Shown here: in pieces, positions 1 to 10,515 of the stretch
Numbering within the stretch: the stretch's first letter is position 1
How the letters are laid out: the number at the start of each line of letters is the position of its first letter
Source: a virus
IMG/VR virus record: IMGVR_UViG_3300028840_004184
Location: 96,001 to 160,000 of that record
Strand: one strand, 5' to 3'
Length of the DNA: 64,000 nt
Program-made: the position numbers and the translations under genes
Notes under the pieces: generated by a model
Told to the model about the DNA's origin: nothing
Databases searched by the model: none
Seen by the model: the letters and a program-made list of their open reading frames with translations, nothing else

Positions 1-248
1 GGAAGCTTAAGGCTATAGAAATAGGGCTATCTAATCCACAAAGGGTAACTATAGCTAATATGCCTGAGCCTAAATATTTTGCTGTTTGTGCTTGTGCGAT
101 AAGACATAAGCGTCATAGAAAAAGTCGTAGACATGCTTACTTTTGTCGAAAGTGTGGCGAAGAATTAAGGTGGAAAGAAAAATAAAATTTCTTCCTTGAC
201 TCTGATTGAAGATCAAGATATAATTAGGTAAATCGAAACTAAGAACTT

Positions 249-1232
249 TTGTTAAAAGGAGTAATGCTGATGGAATCAACTTTGTGGCGTGATGAAGGCA
301 AGGACGTTAGTCACCTTACTACTCTTGATGAGGTAATCGAGGCGGCTGGTCTTGATTTCCCGATGGTTCTTTGTCAGGTTAAGACTATGCTGCCTGACGG
401 TAACGAGAGGCTGGAAGAGAATCAGTTCAACGTGGTCCGTTCCGATACGAACGTGACCCTCACCAGGAAGACTGTCGCCGGGTCTTATGGTCTTCTCCAG
501 AATAAAAATCTCCTGGACATAGCTAGGCAGTTGATGGAGCAGGGATGTACTCCCGATGCTGCTGGTGTCATCGAAGATGGCCGTCGTGTTTTCTGTGTCC
601 TTAATTTTCCCGAAGATGAAAGTACTGTCACTGATGTCGGATCTTTAGGTGGTCAGGCTGAGGATATCATTCTTCCTCGTATCGGCATCTTTGCCGCAAA
701 TGATGGTTCGGGCAGTGTGGTTGCCAAGCTTATGTCGCTTCGTATGTGGTGTAACAACATGTACCAGGCTGCTATCGGGCAGAAGGGATATACTATCCAT
801 ATGAAGCATAGCAAGAATGTTCATGACAGACTTGCGGAAGCTACGAACGTTCTCAAGAACATGAGAGAAGAATGGATTCGGAGAATTGATTTTTACAAGG
901 CTCTTCGTAGCAAGCCATTGCCTTTCGACCAGGCCCAGATGGCGGCTCGCCGTATCCTCAAAATAGATACCGAGAAGCCTTATGATGAACTTCCTACTAA
1001 AAGCCGTAATCGCATTGAAGCTTTGCTTGGTGAATTCAATAACCCCGAGAGAGGGGCTTTCGGCAAGACTGCTTTTGACATGTTTAATGCGGTAACAGCC
1101 TATAATACTCACACTGTCAATACTAAGAAGTCTCGACTCGACTATGCGGCCCTTGGTGATGGTGCTAAGAGGGAAGACCGTGCTATGCGGATATTGGCCG
1201 AGATGATCGGATACGATCTAAAAGAGGAGTAG
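249..1232 (+). CDS. DUF932-family phage/plasmid protein (TIGR03299-like)
   Basis: Y-x-x-L-Q-N, G-x-I-E-D-G-R-R-V-F, A-N-D-G-S-G, R-M-W-C-N-N, M-K-H-S-K-N and T-A-F-D-M-F-N-A-V-T-A-Y motifs; probable start is ATG at about 270 after an AGGAG RBS. Confidence 0.8.
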   Translation: MLKGVMLMESTLWRDEGKDVSHLTTLDEVIEAAGLDFPMVLCQVKTMLPDGNERLEENQFNVVRSDTNVTLTRKTVAGSYGLLQNKNLLDIARQLMEQGCTPDAAGVIEDGRRVFCVLNFPEDESTVTDVGSLGGQAEDIILPRIGIFAANDGSGSVVAKLMSLRMWCNNMYQAAIGQKGYTIHMKHSKNVHDRLAEATNVLKNMREEWIRRIDFYKALRSKPLPFDQAQMAARRILKIDTEKPYDELPTKSRNRIEALLGEFNNPERGAFGKTAFDMFNAVTAYNTHTVNTKKSRLDYAALGDGAKREDRAMRILAEMIGYDLKEE

Positions 1233-1340
1233 TAAACCCCTTTTACAGTGAATAAGTGTGCAGCCCCTACACGGATAGTCCGGTAAGAGTCCGGTTAAAT
1301 CGGGGATTCATCGAGCAGAGCTATCCTTTATATTTCTATT

Positions 1341-2643
1341 ATGGAGAGGATCATGGAATTGATCAGTAAGGTCGGGCATTATTACTGGAGAGATAATGAG
1401 GATCGTATTGTTATCAGTGACGAATCAGCAGATGGTGTTGATGAGATTGGAAAACCCGAAAACACTGATGATGGCATCTTGTATCTTGATGAAGAGGGGT
1501 TGAGGAACATCGATTTGAAGAAAGCCAGGAGTAGTTTTCGTCAGTCTACTTATTACCTGTTGCCTATTATCACTACAAATGGAGAGAAAAGATGGACCCC
1601 GGCAGAGACAAATGAATTTTATTTTGCTTTGGGGTTGGCACTTGGAGTTAAACAGTAGTTAAAAAATAGCCGGTATGTGTCAGATGGAAAACTCTCAATG
1701 GTCCAATAGAATGCTCGCCGGTTTATTTAAACTCAGTTGCCGTTAGGCTAAAAAAGGACTAATAACAAATGAGTACTAATAAAAATATTAAGCGTCTTCC
1801 TATCGAGTGGCAAGCGATAGATGAAATAGTTGTTATAGATGCTGATGGATGGCGTTGTGATAATAAATCTTGGGACGATCCGATTACTCGTTTTGAATGG
1901 GATAAACGCAAATCTCAGTCTACTATTCGACCTAAAAAGAAGATTAAGGGGATGACTGTCCGACGTGGTGATACAATCGAAAGTGAATTTGGTAGGGGTT
2001 TAATTGTTGCCATTACTAAACAGTGGGTTATCCACGAGATTCGTGGTGGGGAAGAAGAGGTTGCTTTATATCGTGCAAGAGATTCTTTTTGGATACCTGC
2101 TGAGCCCGTGGGCGAAGATGTACTTGATGTAGAGATGGAGATCGATTAATGGACAAGGACCAACGAATTGCTTACATTAATGCTATGGTTGTATGTGCTC
2201 AAATCGAAGCTATGGGCATGCAAGCCGAAAATAAATATCGAGAAGAATGTGGTAAACAGATAGCTTACGATGAAAAGTCTTTCATGGACGTGATAAATAA
2301 GTATGGTATTCATCACAATGCCGTAATAGAATATTTGAGGGATTATTAAATGACACGAAAGCAAATCTTGACGCGAAGCGTCAAATATTTTCTTTGGAGA
2401 TGGTTCATTTGTCCCTGGAGAGTATACCATCATTTAAGAAGATGGCCAAATAAGTCAGCGGCTATTAGATATGTTCGTGAAAACACAGGATGGCCCCTGC
2501 TGAAATGCAGAGATTATGTCTATAGTAAATTTGGGCGGCATGTGTGGCATGAGAATCTTCATTGTATGTATTACAAAATAGGACCGATCAAATTGTGGCA
2601 ATATCCACGCCTGGCTAGACTAAGATTAAGGAACCCAAAATGA
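1341..2643 (+). CDS. Four small hypothetical phage ORFs (1341-1658, 1769-2149, 2149-2349, 2350-2643)
   Basis: Co-directional, mostly abutting ORFs; no recognisable motif. Confidence 0.6.
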
Positions 2644-3041
2644 TTCGTATTAGTGAATATCCTATTCATAATATATTAAGTAATGTTGTTATTGCTCAAA
2701 GAGGTAAGAAAACAAGAAAGAAAGACAAGAGATATTTGGAATGGAATGAACATAAGGTCAGAATGGATTCGTTACGCCTCAAAACATTTGCGAATTATGG
2801 CACACAGTGTGTGAAGTGTGGAATCAAAGGTAGGTTTTTTGCTCTTGAGAAACATCACATAAATGCGAGTCGTGATGTTGCACATTTTAATCTTTATGCT
2901 TTTGATGATAGGGGTCACGAAGTATTAATGACAAGGGATCACGTTATCCCAAAATCTAGGGGGGGAAGAAATTTTCTTGGTAATATGCAACCGATGTGCT
3001 GTAAATGTAATAATGAAAAAGGTGATCGAATTGGAGATTAA
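2640..3041 (+). CDS. HNH endonuclease
   Basis: CVKCG...TRDHVIPKSRGG.N...N.QPMCCKCNNEKG. Confidence 0.9.
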   Translation: MIRISEYPIHNILSNVVIAQRGKKTRKKDKRYLEWNEHKVRMDSLRLKTFANYGTQCVKCGIKGRFFALEKHHINASRDVAHFNLYAFDDRGHEVLMTRDHVIPKSRGGRNFLGNMQPMCCKCNNEKGDRIGD

Positions 3042-3043
3042 AA

Positions 3044-3442
3044 ATGAATTTTAGAATAACCAGAAACAAAAGAAGTCGAAAAATGGCTACGGTAGGCAGC
3101 TTGGTCCGTGTAGGAGGAGTAGTTGTGATTGCTCTTCTAATTATTGGGGCGATTACATCTGCTTACTGGTCTCACGACACCGTAGTTGTGACCGTAAAGG
3201 ACAAGGAGAGGGTTAATAGTGGCGATTCTTCATACTATCTGGTGTTTACCGAAAACGAGGTATTCAAAAACAAAGACTCTCTCCTCTATATGAAATTTAA
3301 TTCGTCTGATTTATATGGCGAATTGGATAAGGGAGAGACTTATGAATTCGATGTGTATTGGTTTCGTATACCATTTCTCTCAATGTACCGTAACGTTGTG
3401 GATGCCCGGTTATGCGGCTTTAATAAGAAAGGTGAAGAGTAA
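3044..3442 (+). CDS. Membrane-anchored phage protein (DUF1523-like)
   Basis: N-terminal TM helix, then V-K-D-K-E-R...Y-L-V-F-T...F-K-N-K-D-S...K-F-N-S-S-D...R-I-P-F-L-S-M-Y-R-N. Confidence 0.6.
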   Translation: MNFRITRNKRSRKMATVGSLVRVGGVVVIALLIIGAITSAYWSHDTVVVTVKDKERVNSGDSSYYLVFTENEVFKNKDSLLYMKFNSSDLYGELDKGETYEFDVYWFRIPFLSMYRNVVDARLCGFNKKGEE

Positions 3443-3733
3443 ATGAACATCACAACTGCTGATATCCTCGGAGTTCTTGAGGGTGTTTCGGGTATAAAAA
3501 AGTATGAAGTTGCTTTTATCCTAAAGTGGGATAGTGATATTGAACTTTTATTTAATGTCGAAGCTACAAATAAAGATAAAGCAGTTCAGGCAGGTCGCCA
3601 GAGGCTTATCGCCATGAATCAAAGGGAGCGGAAAAAGAAGGAAGACGGTGGTCCTCTTATTGATCTAAATATCTGGAAGAAACATCCTCGGGTGACCGAG
3701 ATTGTTGAGAGTGGTCGAAGAATAGGTAAATAA
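3443..3733 (+). CDS. Hypothetical protein
   Basis: Abuts the previous gene. Confidence 0.55.
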   Translation: MNITTADILGVLEGVSGIKKYEVAFILKWDSDIELLFNVEATNKDKAVQAGRQRLIAMNQRERKKKEDGGPLIDLNIWKKHPRVTEIVESGRRIGK

Positions 3734-3766
3734 ATCGGCGTTTCACGCCGATGGAACAGTAGGAAC

Positions 3767-4056
3767 GAAAAGAGAATTTGTGTTAGTGTGTTGGTTAATC
3801 ACACTGCGGGTAAAAAGCCTCGCTCGTAAAAACCCGGAAAAGTTAATAGCGAATCCCGGTCAGCTTTGTCTTGAGGCAAACTGCTAAATTGATGACCCCA
3901 TACCTGAGGCTCAGGTGAGGTAAAATTATTGAGGTTTTTTTGGTGCTTGTCATTTTTGTCCTAGTAGAAGGTCAATGATCGTAAAGATCAACCGGATAGG
4001 ATAAGAATCACCAAAGAACCATAAGTGGTGAGAATCCACACACAAGTTTTCTTTTT
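3767..4056 (+). ncRNA. Putative ~290-nt structured RNA with a tRNA-like frame
   Basis: 3768-3783 pairs with 4040-4055; D-arm-like TAGTGTG-TTGGTTAAT-CACACTG; T-arm-like GTGG-TGAGAAT-CCAC; several internal hairpins; no long ORF. Confidence 0.6.
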
Positions 4057-4077
4057 TTAATTATTATTAGCTTTGGA

Positions 4078-4323
4078 GTGAAACTACAAATGTACCACGA
4101 AGTTAAAATATCTCTCCAGTGGTTTTTGGATCAAGAGATCACCGGTCAGGCTGCGACGGTTAAAGATATGTTGGTGGATGAAGCGATGAAGAGAATGTCC
4201 AATGAGAATGTCCCTATTTCTGAGTATGACTTGGGCAAGCCTGTTATAATATGTAGGGATGGGTATCTTGTGATCCATTTTTATCCGCATAGGGGAGAGG
4301 ACAATGAAGTGCCCCAGGTATGA
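4078..4323 (+). CDS. Hypothetical protein
   Basis: GTG start; overlaps the start of the next gene. Confidence 0.5.
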   Translation: MKLQMYHEVKISLQWFLDQEITGQAATVKDMLVDEAMKRMSNENVPISEYDLGKPVIICRDGYLVIHFYPHRGEDNEVPQV

Positions 4324-4759
4324 TAGAGAGATGACTATGTTGCTTACGTCTTCGTCTTGCGACGTGTGTGATGCCAAGAGTGATCCGGATGGGAAGGAAA
4401 AACCATCTTCGTGTAATAGCAATATAGGGTATAAGGTCACTGATGCTGCTCTTTTTAAAACTGGGTCTGATGGAAAGGGATCTGTAAAAAGTCTTGTTCC
4501 AGGATTTCAATTCAGGACAAACTGTGTCAAACAACCATCTATTCACGACCCTTACCGTATCGAAGATTATGCTGTGGCTGCTTCTGGTAGATTTGCTGAC
4601 GTGGAAATAAAAATTCTAAGCTTTGGTTTTGATGGTTACGGGAAGAGAATAGATTCTTATTATGCTATTTATCTTCCTGTGGATTGTGACTGGAAGAAAT
4701 TTGGTGAAATGTTATCCCGTGTTCGACAGAGACGAAAGGACAAAACTAATGGCCCTTAA
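4304..4759 (+). CDS. LLTS zinc-ribbon-tag family protein 1 (degenerate first CxxC)
   Basis: MKCPRYDREMTMLLTSSSCDVCD. Confidence 0.65.
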   Translation: MKCPRYDREMTMLLTSSSCDVCDAKSDPDGKEKPSSCNSNIGYKVTDAALFKTGSDGKGSVKSLVPGFQFRTNCVKQPSIHDPYRIEDYAVAASGRFADVEIKILSFGFDGYGKRIDSYYAIYLPVDCDWKKFGEMLSRVRQRRKDKTNGP

Positions 4760-5316
4760 AGTTTGTACACAAGACGGAAGTTTCGAAATCAACGGACCCA
4801 TTTTGATTTCTTTAAAAGATGGTCACCAGGTTAGACTGTATGAATCGTCACATGGTGGTATAGCGGTATCAAATAACACTGTACATCCTGTACAAGAAGT
4901 AAAAGATGGCACCGTTGTTTTTGGTCGTAAAGATAACGATAGGGTTCGTAAAAGCCATCTTTGTGTGAAGAGATGGGACAGGGTGGCGAAGTACTAGGAG
5001 TATAGTATGTTAAAATTGGAGTATAACAACAAATGATAAACTTAATCGAAGGTAGAATTATAGAAAGGTTTGCTCACATAATCAAATGGCATACCATTAT
5101 TATGTCTGGTGCTTATAAAGATAATAAGTATTGTTTAAAGACAGCATCGGATAGTGAAAGAGCCCGGCTATCCAACGCGGTGGGGATCATGAATAACCAC
5201 GTAACCCGACTCGGCGAGATAGTAGAAAGATTACCGACGGAGTAGTCTCAAGAAGTATGTCCGGGTTGTAGTAAACTAGTAAGAGATTGCACCGGACAGT
5301 TTCCCATGTGTAATAG

Positions 5317-5544
5317 GTGATAAAAGTGCAGTTCACAGTCAGAGAGATTGTTCCCGACATGGATTACATCGCATACTGCGATAGGGTCCCAGGAATTCAA
5401 ACCAAAGGCAGAAGCGTAGCCGATGCTATTGGTAACTTTGTGATTGAAATGAATAATCGGAAAATAGGTACGGTAAAAATTGTTATTAAAGCCGCACCCA
5501 TTGGGTCGGCTTTAAGGGCTCTTAAGGATAAAAACAGTGGCTAA
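5317..5544 (+). CDS. HicB-like antitoxin-fold protein
   Basis: YIAYCDRVPGIQTKGRSVADAIGN matches the HicB YxAxxPxLPGxxTxGxTxEEAxxN pattern. Confidence 0.6.
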   Translation: MIKVQFTVREIVPDMDYIAYCDRVPGIQTKGRSVADAIGNFVIEMNNRKIGTVKIVIKAAPIGSALRALKDKNSG

Positions 5545-6487
5545 TACATGCAAAACTTTTTGTCGTCGGTTACATACTGAGGGTATGAAAACTGTTCGCA
5601 AGCATGTATCCAGTATTGATATCAAGGCGGCATGGGCATTTAAGAGTATAAGCGGTACCATGGAGTTTCATGGCCCTAATAAATTTTACTGGCATAATCA
5701 GTCTTGTTGTAAGTGGTATATGAAATATAAAGGATGGATGAAATACCTTGATTACATTGGCGTCAATATAGATGAGGAAAAACATAATGATTAAAGGATA
5801 CTGTAAAACACATTATGACATAGGAGATAATTCTATGCCGTGGCCGACTACGTTTGCTTCTGTCCCACGAAAAGGCGAATTGATAGCTAGTCCATTCAGC
5901 ATAGCATATGCGAGAGTGCTTAATGTTATGCATGCTACTGAAGATAAAGAACCAGTAATTATTGTGTTTATTGAAGTAATAGATCATATAAACTCATGAA
6001 AGGAATACTTGATATGGATAACGACATTAATCAAAGAATCGAAGACGCAAAGACAAGGGCTAAGAATCAGTTTACTAAGGTAAGAAGCCATCTTAGTGAA
6101 CTTGAGAGTTTCGTAGATAACGCCGAACCTATCGTGGAAGACCGGGTAGCGGAAGCCTGCGATATAGCCAGAGAACGGATAGATGGTGTCGAAGAAGCCA
6201 TTAATGATTTTTTCAGCGAGATTACGGAAATGAGGAACATGGAGGATTAATGCTCAATCGCCGCAGGGCTTATATTAAGGATCAATGAAATGAACTGGGG
6301 TGATTTTTTATACAACACACCTAAGGGTTTTTATTTTGTGTGGCCCTATTCTTCTCTTAAGAAGCATAAAACATTTTTTGATTATCCTTATCACAAAAGG
6401 ATACAGATAGTCTGTGATTACCTTGATGAACAAATAAGACTTGTTAATCGGTATGGCTGGGATTACGATCATAATAAACGGAGATAA
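5537..6487 (+). CDS. Four small hypothetical ORFs (5537-5794, ~5787-5999, 5996-6250 coiled-coil, 6290-6487)
   Basis: Overlapping or closely spaced co-directional ORFs. Confidence 0.55.
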
Positions 6488-6489
6488 TA

Positions 6490-7848
6490 ATGGCAACATA
6501 TGAATTAACCGTGTCAACAAATCATTATCGTGATTGGGGTGTTAAGGAAGGAGTGAGTGAACTTTTCCAAAACGCGATGGATGGAGACACAAGGGGTAAT
6601 ATTATGTCCTATAAATATATCCCCAAATCTAATACTTTAAGAGTTCATAACCAGGGGGCTTTTCTTAATATTTCTACTTTGCTTCTTGGAGAAGGAGACA
6701 AGGCGGATGACTCCAGCCAAATAGGTGGATTCGGTGTGGGTTATAAGCTGGCTGCCATAGCTCTGCTCCGTATGGGTAAAGAGTTTGTTATTTTTAATCG
6801 GTGTCATCCTGATGGTCCTCAGCAGTGGAAAGGTTTTATCAAACATTCTAAGAAATATGATAGACCTACTGTTAACTTTAGGGTCACTAATATTAATCCA
6901 AGTCGCGACCTTGATAAATTGACGTTTAAGATCAAGGGTATTACTCCAGTAGAATGGGAAGAATGCAGAAAGAGGTTTTTGAATTCTGGAACTTATGGAG
7001 ATTATACCGCCTTTGATACACCGAAGGGACAGATACTTGATGGGGAAAAAGTTAAGGGATGTATTTTTGTAGGTGTGTCTGAGGACAAAGCTATTTTTGT
7101 CCAGAAAAATGATAGACTTCATTATGGTTATAATTTTAAACCTGGTGAAATCCAACTAAACCAGGAAAGAAATATGGCCCAGAGTTGGTCATTAGAATTT
7201 GGTACCAGCAGCATATGGAATCATTTGGGTAAGGACGATAAGCATTTACTAGCTATCGAAAATATGCTTGGTCAAGATGCTCTTGATGTATGCAGACTCA
7301 ACGAAACATGGTGTGGTAGTGATGATTTGGTGAGCAAGCTATCAAATAGATTTCGTTCGAAACATGGTGATAACGCTCATCCTGTTACAGACTCAGCTAA
7401 TACTACTGCATTGGGCTTTTCAAATATAATTGGTGTTCCAACCAGCCCTCTTTATACTAAAGTCTTAGAGCGTGATATCGGCAACGTAGATGATCGTGTT
7501 AAAAATGAACAAGAGTCTGTAAGAGGAACGGTTCCTTATGCAGCCCTGGATAAAGACGAACAACATGTATTTGATACCGCGATTTCCTTGATAACAAAGG
7601 AAGTTGGCAACATAGTAGATGTCAGTATTGTGACTTTTAATGGAGATAAAACAGAAGGGTTGTTTGTGGACGGGATCATTCTGGTTGCCAGGAAGGTTTT
7701 AAAAGATATGGGCAGAGCCCTAAAAGTGCTTATCCATGAACATGCACATTCTGCTGGTTATGACGGAGAGGCTGATTTTTGCGAAGCAGAAAGATCTTTA
7801 TGGGCTAAGGTATTCGTGAGGTTATATAACAAACATGTCACGAGATAA
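6490..7848 (+). CDS. GHKL (HATPase_c) ATPase fused to a C-terminal HExxH metallopeptidase-like domain
   Basis: ELFQNAMD (N box), NQG, GEGDK, IGGFGVGYK (G boxes); LIHEHAH near the C-terminus. Confidence 0.75.
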   Translation: MATYELTVSTNHYRDWGVKEGVSELFQNAMDGDTRGNIMSYKYIPKSNTLRVHNQGAFLNISTLLLGEGDKADDSSQIGGFGVGYKLAAIALLRMGKEFVIFNRCHPDGPQQWKGFIKHSKKYDRPTVNFRVTNINPSRDLDKLTFKIKGITPVEWEECRKRFLNSGTYGDYTAFDTPKGQILDGEKVKGCIFVGVSEDKAIFVQKNDRLHYGYNFKPGEIQLNQERNMAQSWSLEFGTSSIWNHLGKDDKHLLAIENMLGQDALDVCRLNETWCGSDDLVSKLSNRFRSKHGDNAHPVTDSANTTALGFSNIIGVPTSPLYTKVLERDIGNVDDRVKNEQESVRGTVPYAALDKDEQHVFDTAISLITKEVGNIVDVSIVTFNGDKTEGLFVDGIILVARKVLKDMGRALKVLIHEHAHSAGYDGEADFCEAERSLWAKVFVRLYNKHVTR

Positions 7849-8137
7849 AGAAAGCTTAGTTTTTCTTGATGGCAAATGGTGGAGTAATAGCGTGTACTAT
7901 GCTATTAAGGAGGGATGGAGTCGTACAAGGGTCGTAAATGCCGCCATACGGGCTGGAGAAGAGGTAGACATACCTGAGACCATTAGACAAACAAAAGACG
8001 ATCCTCGGGTATATTTGGTGCTCCAAAGTGGCGAAGTGTTCAGGGGCGGATATGATAAATATGGAGAGATCAGTTTTTCAAGATTCAATCCAATAGAATA
8101 TGCCTGTATGGGTATCTTGCCCGGACTACAACTTTAG
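7835..8137 (+). CDS. Hypothetical protein
   Basis: Overlaps the upstream stop. Confidence 0.5.
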   Translation: MSRDKESLVFLDGKWWSNSVYYAIKEGWSRTRVVNAAIRAGEEVDIPETIRQTKDDPRVYLVLQSGEVFRGGYDKYGEISFSRFNPIEYACMGILPGLQL

Positions 8138-8149
8138 GATAGTATAATT

Positions 8150-8629
8150 ATGATATGTTCTAAGTGCGGATCGAAAATGAAGCTTTTATTAACTTCATCT
8201 TATTGTGATTGTGAAGATACGGCTATCGCCAAAAATAATATCAACGATAAAAAGGCGGGACGATTCAATGAAATGATTGGAGGGGTTAATTTCTTTTATG
8301 AGGATGGATCACCACCCGTTGAATATATAGGTCGTCCATTTTCAATGACATGTCGGCAACCAGACGATCATGGTCAATATACTTACAAGTGGTTTTTTAG
8401 TATAAATAGTATACGTACTATTGTGAATTTTTTATCCAGTGTTTATTATGACCATAATGATAAAGACAAAATAATAGCTGACCATATTTGTTTTGAGTGT
8501 GATAAAAAAAGAACCGGAAGCTTCGTACATATTTATCATAAGGATTATAGTGATGAGCGGTGGATGTTTACAGAAAGAGAAATTGGGCTTATCGTAGGTT
8601 TTTGGCATAAGTTTTTATCCAGTAGTTGA
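8150..8629 (+). CDS. LLTS zinc-ribbon-tag family protein 2
   Basis: MICSKCGSKMKLLLTSSYCDC; body resembles 24895-25368. Confidence 0.7.
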   Translation: MICSKCGSKMKLLLTSSYCDCEDTAIAKNNINDKKAGRFNEMIGGVNFFYEDGSPPVEYIGRPFSMTCRQPDDHGQYTYKWFFSINSIRTIVNFLSSVYYDHNDKDKIIADHICFECDKKRTGSFVHIYHKDYSDERWMFTEREIGLIVGFWHKFLSSS

Positions 8630-8718
8630 TTATAAGTCAATGTACATAGATCCTATAAGGTACATGTATTTCTATACATCCAATCATACATTTTAACGAT
8701 GTATATACATTTTTCTGC

Positions 8719-8747
8719 TTGACTTTATACATCCTTCGGAGTAGAAT
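8719..8747 (+). promoter_or_regulatory. sigma70-type promoter
   Basis: TTGACT-N17-TAGAAT. Confidence 0.75.
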
Positions 8748-8774
8748 ATAAGAAGAAAGGAACAAAGTAGTAAT

Positions 8775-9834
8775 ATGAGCGATTTAAGAAAGAAAATTAT
8801 CGATACTACGGCAAGATTAGTGTCTTTTGCCCGAGATGACTTTCCCTTACATGAACTTGAGCGGAAAGTTTTCTTAAGAGTTATAGAGCAGATCGATAAT
8901 AACTTTGTTAACATGACGACAGACATTATGCGATATGTAGAGAGGGCTATCGATGAAATTGTCCGGAGTGGCATGGACAAAATTTTTATCGTTCATAATG
9001 GCGTAACCCCTGCTACTAGGTATGTTAAGGACATACTTGGTAAGTTCAGTTTGTCATGGACATCAAGTCGAGAAGACGCTATGTTGTTTAACAGGGAGGA
9101 AGCAGGGGCGGTGTTGGCTTTGGCGGAAAGGCAGTTTAGCTGCCCCTGTTTTGTAAGGATAGATCGTCATGAATAATGAAGAAAAGACTAAAAAAAATCC
9201 ATGTGCAAATGGTTGCATATGCGGCAGTTACAATGCTGTTCGGAATTTTATAGCAAATAGTTCAGATGGTACCAAATATACGGAAGCGTTATTGAGGAGA
9301 TTGTCCAAGTTTAGCGTCAGGGATGATTTGCATGAAGGGATTGTGGAGTTTGTCAAAGCATTATCTCAGGACCTCGAAGACATATACAAAGACGCAAAAG
9401 GTCCTAAGACTTGTTGTGTTAAGGAGGTAAAGGAATCCCGTATCCCATATGCTAATAGTCATTTCATGAAGCCCTATAGTCATCCCGGCCCGGATGGGTG
9501 GGATAACCATAATGAGCGGGTAGATACTCCCGAACGTATTATTAGTCTATTAAGGAGGGTAAGACAAGACAGTCGTCATATTTCTGTTGTTAGTGATGAA
9601 GAAATTGCCTGGGCTATCGGCAAGGTAAGAGGAATGAGCGACTACAGAATACCTCCTCATCTTTACCAGATGTTAGCTGATCTTAAATATTTCATAGACC
9701 TGCCTTTACATAAGTTTTATAGGAGGCGGTGGCCGTTTACAACGGTAAAATTTGTGGTTAAAATACTGGACAATCTTTCGCGGAGGACAGGCGAGATCGT
9801 AGAATCTGCAAGAACCTATCTGCCTAAATCATAA
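8775..9834 (+). CDS. Two hypothetical ORFs (8775-9176, 9169-9834)
   Basis: Directly downstream of the promoter; overlapping. Confidence 0.6.
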
Positions 9835-9947
9835 ACAGTTATGCTCCATAAACAGATCCCGGAAGTCGGTTAAAACTATCGAAACAAAATCGAGTAATAT
9901 GTGTAAATTGGTTTTTATGTGTTGCTCGAAAAAATATATAAAGCAGC

Positions 9948-9976
9948 TTGACTTTCCCGGTGTTATGGAGTATATT
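9948..9976 (+). promoter_or_regulatory. sigma70-type promoter
   Basis: TTGACT-N17-TATATT. Confidence 0.7.
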
Positions 9977-9981
9977 AAATA

Positions 9982-10226
9982 TGAAGCGATCGCTTCAAAG
10001 ACGAGATCTAAAGCCTCACGATCAGTTTTCGTGGCTTCCTAACAACAGAAAGAAGAAAAGGGCTAACCTTGCCAAATGGGCGAGTTGAGTCATGGCCAGA
10101 CTTGGGAGATCTCAGTCTTGTTTTTCTTAGTAAGAGAACGGCGGTCAATGCCTGGTATCCAGAAGACCGACTACGTAGTAGGCATCGGCGTATCTGATTA
10201 TCTGCCTCTTGGCCGCCTATTTTTTT
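9982..10226 (+). ncRNA. Putative structured RNA or long leader
   Basis: Starts at the predicted TSS; stems 9998-10009/10107-10119 and 10140-10148/10209-10217, inner hairpins, then a U-tract. Confidence 0.45.
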
Positions 10227-10245
10227 CTTAAGGAGCCTAAAATAA

Positions 10246-10515
10246 ATGTATGCTCTAACATCACATTATAAAAGAGGTTATCATGACTGCGTTGATTTTC
10301 TTGCAGTTTGGGGTCGTAAACCTACCCCTAAACAAGTCAAGAAAGTCTTGTGTGATAAGAACATTACACAGTTTTATGCTGCATATGAAGAGATACCCAT
10401 GGCTCCGTATCAAGTATTGTGTTCGAAAAATGAGGTTAAGATTGGTACAGCAGTTACTTATAGACTAAAGTCTTTTGCCAAAGGAAAGCGTATCAGACTG
10501 GATACAAGTAAGTGA
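10246..10515 (+). CDS. Hypothetical protein
   Basis: AAGGAG RBS. Confidence 0.6.
   Translation: MYALTSHYKRGYHDCVDFLAVWGRKPTPKQVKKVLCDKNITQFYAAYEEIPMAPYQVLCSKNEVKIGTAVTYRLKSFAKGKRIRLDTSK

Noticed and set aside
3767-4056. Canonical tmRNA (ssrA) or intron-containing tRNA call
   Set aside because: Lacks G3-U70, the GGGG 5' end and helix 2; no group I core motifs recognised; kept only as an unclassified RNA
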